From NCBI GenBank assembly GCA_031422435.1, contig JANPLU010000065.1, positions 1 through 32,329 on the forward strand: a stretch of DNA of 32,329 nt, given 5' to 3'. The notes below the pieces were generated by a model that saw nothing but the letters and a program-made list of their open reading frames with translations, ran no database searches and had not been told where the DNA came from. Below, piece by piece: positions 27,486 to 32,329 of the stretch (its first letter is position 1; the number at the start of each line of letters is the position of its first letter). The translations under genes were made by a program, and so were the position numbers. The stretch comes from Acaryochloridaceae cyanobacterium VAR_48_metabat_390 (GTDB lineage: Bacteria > Cyanobacteriota > Cyanobacteriia > Thermosynechococcales > Thermosynechococcaceae).

Positions 27486-28158
27486 CTCGTAAGGCATAGC
27501 CTACGCCACGCACGGTATAGATTAACTTCTTCTCGCCGTCCCCTTCAATTTTGAGACGTAGGTATCGAATATACACCTCAATGACATTAGATTCGCCCAA
27601 AAAGTCATAGCCCCACACATTTTCTAAAATTTGGTCACGGGTTAGCACTTCTCTAGGATGCTCTAGCAAATACTTGAGCAATTCATATTCCTTCATGGTC
27701 AAGCCAATCGGCTGCCCTCCTCGACTTGCGACCCGCGTATTAAGATCTAAGACCAGGTTGTCAAACTTAAGGGTTTCGCCCTGGCTGGCATTTGAAGGCT
27801 GAAGATAAAGATGAATCTGCTTGACAAAGGTATCGCTGCGATAGGGCTTCACAAAGTAGTCATCCGCACCCGCCAGCAGACAGGCTACTCGATCTTCAAC
27901 CGTATCGGTGTTCATAATGACCAAGAGAGGAAAGGTCGCGCCCTCTAGTCGTAGCTGTTTGCAAATCTCAAATCCTGACCCTTGGGCAAAATGCTCTTCA
28001 ACAACCAGCAGCGCAGGCTGAATTTCGCGTGTTTTCCTAAAAACTTCATCTGGATTATGCACAGCCTGAAGCTCATAGCCAGACTGCTCAAGGTCTGCCG
28101 TGATGGCAGTCAATAACGCAGCCTCAGAAGCCGCAACTAAGATCATGGAACGCGGCAT
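27478..28158 (-). CDS. nblR: OmpR-family response regulator, NblR-like
   Basis: Atypical receiver (DTVEDRVACL.AGADDY..KPY); LTMKEYELLKYL..HPREVLTRDQILENVWGYDF.GESNVIEVYIRYLRLKIE; upstream of DUF192. Confidence 0.8.
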   Translation of the reverse strand: MPRSMILVAASEAALLTAITADLEQSGYELQAVHNPDEVFRKTREIQPALLVVEEHFAQGSGFEICKQLRLEGATFPLLVIMNTDTVEDRVACLLAGADDYFVKPYRSDTFVKQIHLYLQPSNASQGETLKFDNLVLDLNTRVASRGGQPIGLTMKEYELLKYLLEHPREVLTRDQILENVWGYDFLGESNVIEVYIRYLRLKIEGDGEKKLIYTVRGVGYALRDA

Positions 28159-28227
28159 TATCAAAATACTCCAAAGCACCAATACGGAATAACATTCAGT
28201 CGTAAAAGCATGAATCGCTTCCCTACG

Positions 28228-28791
28228 CTAAAGCGACGGTATCACAAGCTGCCATTCAGATGCTGCCGAACGGGATAATCCAGGCGTCTCTCCCACAACA
28301 TAAGGACCCCAATAGTGACGAGAGCCATCTAGGGAAAAGGCAACCAGTACGTCTCCCTTTCTTAAGGTTAGATTTCCTTCAGGCAACGAAAGCAGAAGCC
28401 CTGCCCTACTTCCTTCCTTGGGCGCAAAGTCCCAGTGTACAGGGGCACGATAGGCATTGGCAGGCGAATTATTTTGGATAGACTGCTGAGATAACAGCAC
28501 AACTCGGATGGGGTATGGACTGGCGTTGCGGATTCGCAGGCCATTAGTAAGGGATGGCTGAACGATTGATACAGAGGGTGTTGCCGTAGGTAACGCCGTA
28601 GGACTGGGCGCAACCTCTATGACAGGGGGTGTAGAGTCTTTTGGCGTTGAGGGTTCAATCCATACGCTGAACTGAAGCTGAAGCAACATAAATGCCAACG
28701 CTCCGCCGCCTAATGCTGCCAAAATAAGGGACAGAATGGATGGTTTCGCCGCCATCGCTTTTGGAGTAGTGTTTTCGACTGGTTGTGTCAT
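28228..28791 (-). CDS. Hypothetical membrane-anchored protein
   Basis: N-terminal TM, Pro-rich linker, HWDFAP.EG...L.LSLP...YWGPYVVG domain. Confidence 0.75.
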   Translation of the reverse strand: MTQPVENTTPKAMAAKPSILSLILAALGGGALAFMLLQLQFSVWIEPSTPKDSTPPVIEVAPSPTALPTATPSVSIVQPSLTNGLRIRNASPYPIRVVLLSQQSIQNNSPANAYRAPVHWDFAPKEGSRAGLLLSLPEGNLTLRKGDVLVAFSLDGSRHYWGPYVVGETPGLSRSAASEWQLVIPSL

Positions 28792-28927
28792 GCTCTTAAT
28801 ATATTTGTCCAGGATAGCGAATGGCTTAAGGCGAATTTAATGTTTTTCTGAATCTTCAAAGGTTTAGGGTCAAATACTCAAGAATTATCGCTGCTGCTGC
28901 TATGAATCTCCAGTGAGATGATTGGTC

Positions 28928-29115
28928 TTAGGGTAGTTTGGGCACTGCTTTACCAAGGTGGCTTAAGACTTGATCAAAGTCGTCGATGTCGCAAAAGAGT
29001 TGGGTTAGATCGAGGCGAGCTAGACTGTCATGCATAGCTGAGACTGCTTAGACATCAATACTTTTAGCTTAAGGTCTCAGCCTTTTTTTGGGTATGTTGT
29101 CTGTCGAACTCACGT
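28928..29115 (-). mobile_element. IS982-family remnant (left end + truncated transposase N-terminus)
   Basis: Minus strand starts ACGTGAGTTCGAC, has GCTGAGAC...GTCTCAGC IR, then ATG 29035 encoding MHDSLARLDLTQLFCDIDDFDQVL...* (35 aa), resembling the IS982 transposase LFCxVDDF start. Confidence 0.7.
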
Positions 29116-29132
29116 CAATTTAATCTTTAGCA

Positions 29133-30671
29133 TCATTCTGTCGATACCGAGCATTGGGGCGGGATCAAAATGGATGGGTCTAAATAGTTCAGCCTCGCGT
29201 AAGGCTCTAAAGCCACCAGCACTTGAGGCCCATAGCTTCGATGCAGCACTCGGCTATCAAAGAGCGCCAATAGATTGGATTGAGAACGGAGGGGGGCGAT
29301 CGCCTGCTGTAAAATCTGCACCGCCTCTGGTAACAGGTACAGCCGAAACCAATCTTGACGCTGCTGCTTATAGTAGGCTACCCGTCCAGCAACCTTTGGA
29401 TTTTCTAGGGAGGGAAAGGGGAGAGTGGCGATCGCCATGAGATTAGGATGCGGCAGACTGCGCTGGTGTGTCTGCCAAAAAGACCAGCCCGTGATGAGGA
29501 CATCTCCTAGCTGACAGTCTGATCGCTCTACCTTAATGCGAGAGCCAAATTCTGCCGCCAACGTAGAAGCAATGCGAGATTTGAGAGGCAAGTCATCAAT
29601 AATCAACACGCTAAAGGTATCCGCCTCAAATCGGAGCGCCAAAAGCTGATGGAGCTGATGCATGAGCGCGGGGGCAAACTCTGGAGTGTTGGGCATCGGC
29701 ACCCCATCGGGTAGATAGAGCGAAAGTGCCTCATTATGGTGATCGGTCGTAAACTGCACGCAGGTCAAATCCGTTAGACCAATCTGAAGCTGAAATAGCG
29801 CCGACTGAGGATCTAAATCAATTGCGCCATTCAGCAGAATTTGAGTTCGCCCTGCCCACAATGGCTCCAATGCAGAGGCGACCTCAATAGGAGCGCTGTT
29901 GAGGGTAAAGCAGCCCTGTGAGCGATCCAATACCGCCCACACTAATGTATTGGGCTGGAGGAGCGTATCTGTAAATTGCCGCCATGCCCCCAGAAAACTC
30001 TCTCCCGTATCCTTGTGCAATTGCTGAACTATGCGATTCAGCAAGCGGCGATCTTCCGTTTCTACCATCACGCAGCCATAGGGATTGGGTGGATGCTGAA
30101 ACAGCGAATAGGTCAAGGCCGCACGCACATCCCGAATGCTTTCGACCTGATTAGGGTAAGCCCAAAGCAGCACATCCCAATCCTGGGGCAAGAGCGTTTG
30201 GGTGAGATGGGCACGAGTCCAATCCTCTAGACTTTCAGCACCATCAATCACAACAGGCACCCCTGGGGGCAGTGCGGGAAAATGCGGCAAACGATGCTGG
30301 AGCCAATCTTGAGGCGAAAACAGCGCAATGCCAGAAAAATGAGGATCGGGCCAGGTTTTAACAGGGCAGACTGGCTTGGCAAGATTGAGCCATTCTCGTA
30401 GCCGAGGCAGTTCACGATGACACAGCGAATGCTGCACTTCAGGGGGTGCTACCAAAATGATAGGCTCTGACCACAGCAGCAGCGACGCAAGATAACTCAG
30501 ACGATGTTGCCCCTGATAGGCGGCGGTACTGCTCACTTGCATGAGGGTGCTGCGCTGAAGCCGCAGAGCGCGAGCCACCAACCGAGCCACTGTTAAATGA
30601 TGTGGCCAAGTATTGCCCCCCTGCGCCCTCAGCAAAGCCTTAAGCTGCTGATGGACTTCAACCTCAATCAC
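29133..30671 (-). CDS. DinG-like helicase C-terminal domain protein with degenerate ATPase motifs
   Basis: IEVEVH..L, WPHHLT.ARLVARALR; LPFPSLENP...LLPEA...Q...LFDSRV...YG. Confidence 0.8.
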   Translation of the reverse strand: MIEVEVHQQLKALLRAQGGNTWPHHLTVARLVARALRLQRSTLMQVSSTAAYQGQHRLSYLASLLLWSEPIILVAPPEVQHSLCHRELPRLREWLNLAKPVCPVKTWPDPHFSGIALFSPQDWLQHRLPHFPALPPGVPVVIDGAESLEDWTRAHLTQTLLPQDWDVLLWAYPNQVESIRDVRAALTYSLFQHPPNPYGCVMVETEDRRLLNRIVQQLHKDTGESFLGAWRQFTDTLLQPNTLVWAVLDRSQGCFTLNSAPIEVASALEPLWAGRTQILLNGAIDLDPQSALFQLQIGLTDLTCVQFTTDHHNEALSLYLPDGVPMPNTPEFAPALMHQLHQLLALRFEADTFSVLIIDDLPLKSRIASTLAAEFGSRIKVERSDCQLGDVLITGWSFWQTHQRSLPHPNLMAIATLPFPSLENPKVAGRVAYYKQQRQDWFRLYLLPEAVQILQQAIAPLRSQSNLLALFDSRVLHRSYGPQVLVALEPYARLNYLDPSILIPPQCSVSTE

Positions 30672-30765
30672 AAGCGTTTTGTATCCCCAAATTTTCTATG
30701 GCCTTCATTTTGGCACAGTCCCTCTAGGGAAAACAGTGTGCGTTTTACCTATTGCAATACCGCGT

Positions 30766-31794
30766 CTAGGTGGCCTGAGAAAACAGAACGAGCGCCTCTA
30801 ATTTGTCCCAAGCTGCACCGCTTGTCAAAATTTGATGCGCTTGTTTTACCCCTGTGGCGTAATCTTCCACTGCACCGCCGACAAATAGCGCAAATGCTGC
30901 ATTGAGCGCAACCACATCAGCCTGAGCAGTAGTTCCCTTTCCCTGTAAAACAGCCTGAAGGATCTGGGCATTTTCAGAAACGCCTCCACCCTGAAGCGTC
31001 TCTAAAGAGGCTGGCGTTAGCCCTAAATCCACAGGATTTATAGTTTGGGATTCGACAGACTGTTTAGAGATGACAGCAAGATCTGTAATATCTCCTAACC
31101 CTGCTTCATCCAATCGTTCTCTACCATGCAGCACAACGGCTCGTTCTATCCCAAGCTGTTGCAGCGCCTGGGCAACGGGCATCAATAAGCTGGCGTGATA
31201 CACGCCTAAAACCTGACCCGTCGGACGCAAAGGATTAACTAAAGGCCCCAAAAGATTAAAAATAGTCCTAATTCTTAAGGTTTGGCGTAACGGTGCAACC
31301 GCCTTCATGGCAGGGTGCCAGCCTGGTGCAAATAAAAAGGTAATGCCAACCGTTTCTACCGCCGCCTGTGCCAAGGTCAAGTCAGCTGTTAAGTTAAGCC
31401 CCAGCGCCTCCAGCACATCCGCTGAACCCACGCGACTGGAGGCGGAGCGATTGCCGTGTTTGGCAACGGGGATACCTGCTGCCGCTGCAACAAAGGCGAC
31501 TGCGGTAGAAATGTTAAATGTTGAGGCACCATCCCCACCCGTTCCGCAGGTATCTATCAGGTGAAGGGGTTTGTGTCCGGCAGGCCAAGGTGCATGAGAC
31601 TGATCAAGCAGCACCGAGGCCATGCCCACTAGTTCATCCGCCGCTACGCCTTTAGCTTGGAGGGCTGCTAAAATTGCGCCCGACAAAACCGGCTCAATCT
31701 CTTGATTAAGCCATCCCTCCATCAGCTCGACAGCCTGAGGTTGCGTAAGGGACTGTCTCTCTAAAATCTGGTGAAGCAAAGATGACCAATTCAT
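30766..31794 (-). CDS. trpD: Anthranilate phosphoribosyltransferase
   Basis: [48 protein letters not shown]. Confidence 0.97.
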   Translation of the reverse strand: MNWSSLLHQILERQSLTQPQAVELMEGWLNQEIEPVLSGAILAALQAKGVAADELVGMASVLLDQSHAPWPAGHKPLHLIDTCGTGGDGASTFNISTAVAFVAAAAGIPVAKHGNRSASSRVGSADVLEALGLNLTADLTLAQAAVETVGITFLFAPGWHPAMKAVAPLRQTLRIRTIFNLLGPLVNPLRPTGQVLGVYHASLLMPVAQALQQLGIERAVVLHGRERLDEAGLGDITDLAVISKQSVESQTINPVDLGLTPASLETLQGGGVSENAQILQAVLQGKGTTAQADVVALNAAFALFVGGAVEDYATGVKQAHQILTSGAAWDKLEALVLFSQAT

Positions 31795-31899
31795 GGGTGC
31801 TGACGGGTAACTGGAAAGCAACTACTCTTCAGACTATCATTTGCGAAGTTTATCCCATACCTTAGGGTTGAAGAACAGCGAGACAGAAGGTAGACTCTT

Positions 31900-32329
31900 T
31901 CACCCCGTCCACTGCTGCATTAGCGCAAAGCTAAGGAATCCACTCCCTAAGGGGACGCTTAAGTTATCAAGGCCAAATTTTGAGAAAGATTCTAGGCTCG
32001 TGGCAGCCGCTGCCACGATGACTGCAGTTAGAACAACAGGTGCAGAGAATCCATAGGCAAGGCTCAAGATGAAGGCGCTGACAATTATACTGGTGATCGC
32101 CATGGTAGCGGTTCCTTCCCAGCTTTTGGTCATGCCCCACACAGTATAGGGGTGCTTCCCAAACCGTTGACCGATGAGAGCCGCGAGTCCATCGCCCCAA
32201 GTCATAACCAAAATGCCCAAGACTGCATGAGCCTGAAGCCCTTGAGGCCAAAAGTAAGCAATGAGTAGTCCAATGCTGACGGCATAAAAAAACGTGCCAA
32301 AGCTTTTGCGACCCACGCTGCTAACGCTA
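31900..32329 (-). CDS. Phytol/polyprenol kinase family membrane protein (5' truncated by window end)
   Basis: WGDGLAALIGQRFG, KSWEGT, GLDNLSVP motifs; frame open to the window edge. Confidence 0.85.
   Translation of the reverse strand, partial: SVSSVGRKSFGTFFYAVSIGLLIAYFWPQGLQAHAVLGILVMTWGDGLAALIGQRFGKHPYTVWGMTKSWEGTATMAITSIIVSAFILSLAYGFSAPVVLTAVIVAAAATSLESFSKFGLDNLSVPLGSGFLSFALMQQWTG

Larger units (their letters stand above)
1081..29435. repeat. HIP1 octamer GCGATCGC, ~37 dispersed copies
   Basis: Counted by eye (e.g. 1081, 2649, 10321, 16131, 20561, 29428), about 1 per 0.9 kb; cyanobacterial hallmark. Confidence 0.9.

Noticed and set aside
28960..29090. Possible c-di-GMP riboswitch or sRNA (GCAAAA motif, hairpin plus T-run)
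   Set aside because: Does not fit the GEMM structure; better explained as the IS982 relic on the opposite strand

Overview
Cyanobacterial chromosomal window: about 37 HIP1 GCGATCGC octamers counted by eye, plus ndhV, nblR and DUF2808/DUF1824/DUF4332 genes. Most of it is housekeeping (thrC-like/MoaD, murD, murA, lysC, tRNA nucleotidyltransferase, tRNA-Leu(CAA), trpD, cystine lyase, CDF and ABC permeases). The notable accessory block is at ~9.97-17.5 kb. Four co-oriented genes share a gap-free 108-aa N-terminal pentapeptide-repeat module, each fused to a different C-terminal domain: TM plus extracytoplasmic Cys domain, WNWGAF membrane domain, LRAT/NlpC-like thiol enzyme, WD40 propeller. A vWA-like lipoprotein follows, and a Uma2 / Rpn nuclease pair interrupts the array. 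The Rpn gene has an internal SD+ATG that may encode an intragenic antitoxin. Other signals: an IscR-type Rrf2 operator upstream of thrC-moaD-ndhV, a vapBC pair just upstream of tRNA-Leu and a probable CC-adding enzyme, an IS982 remnant, and several dispersed palindromic repeats. Family assignments come from motif recognition, not database searches.
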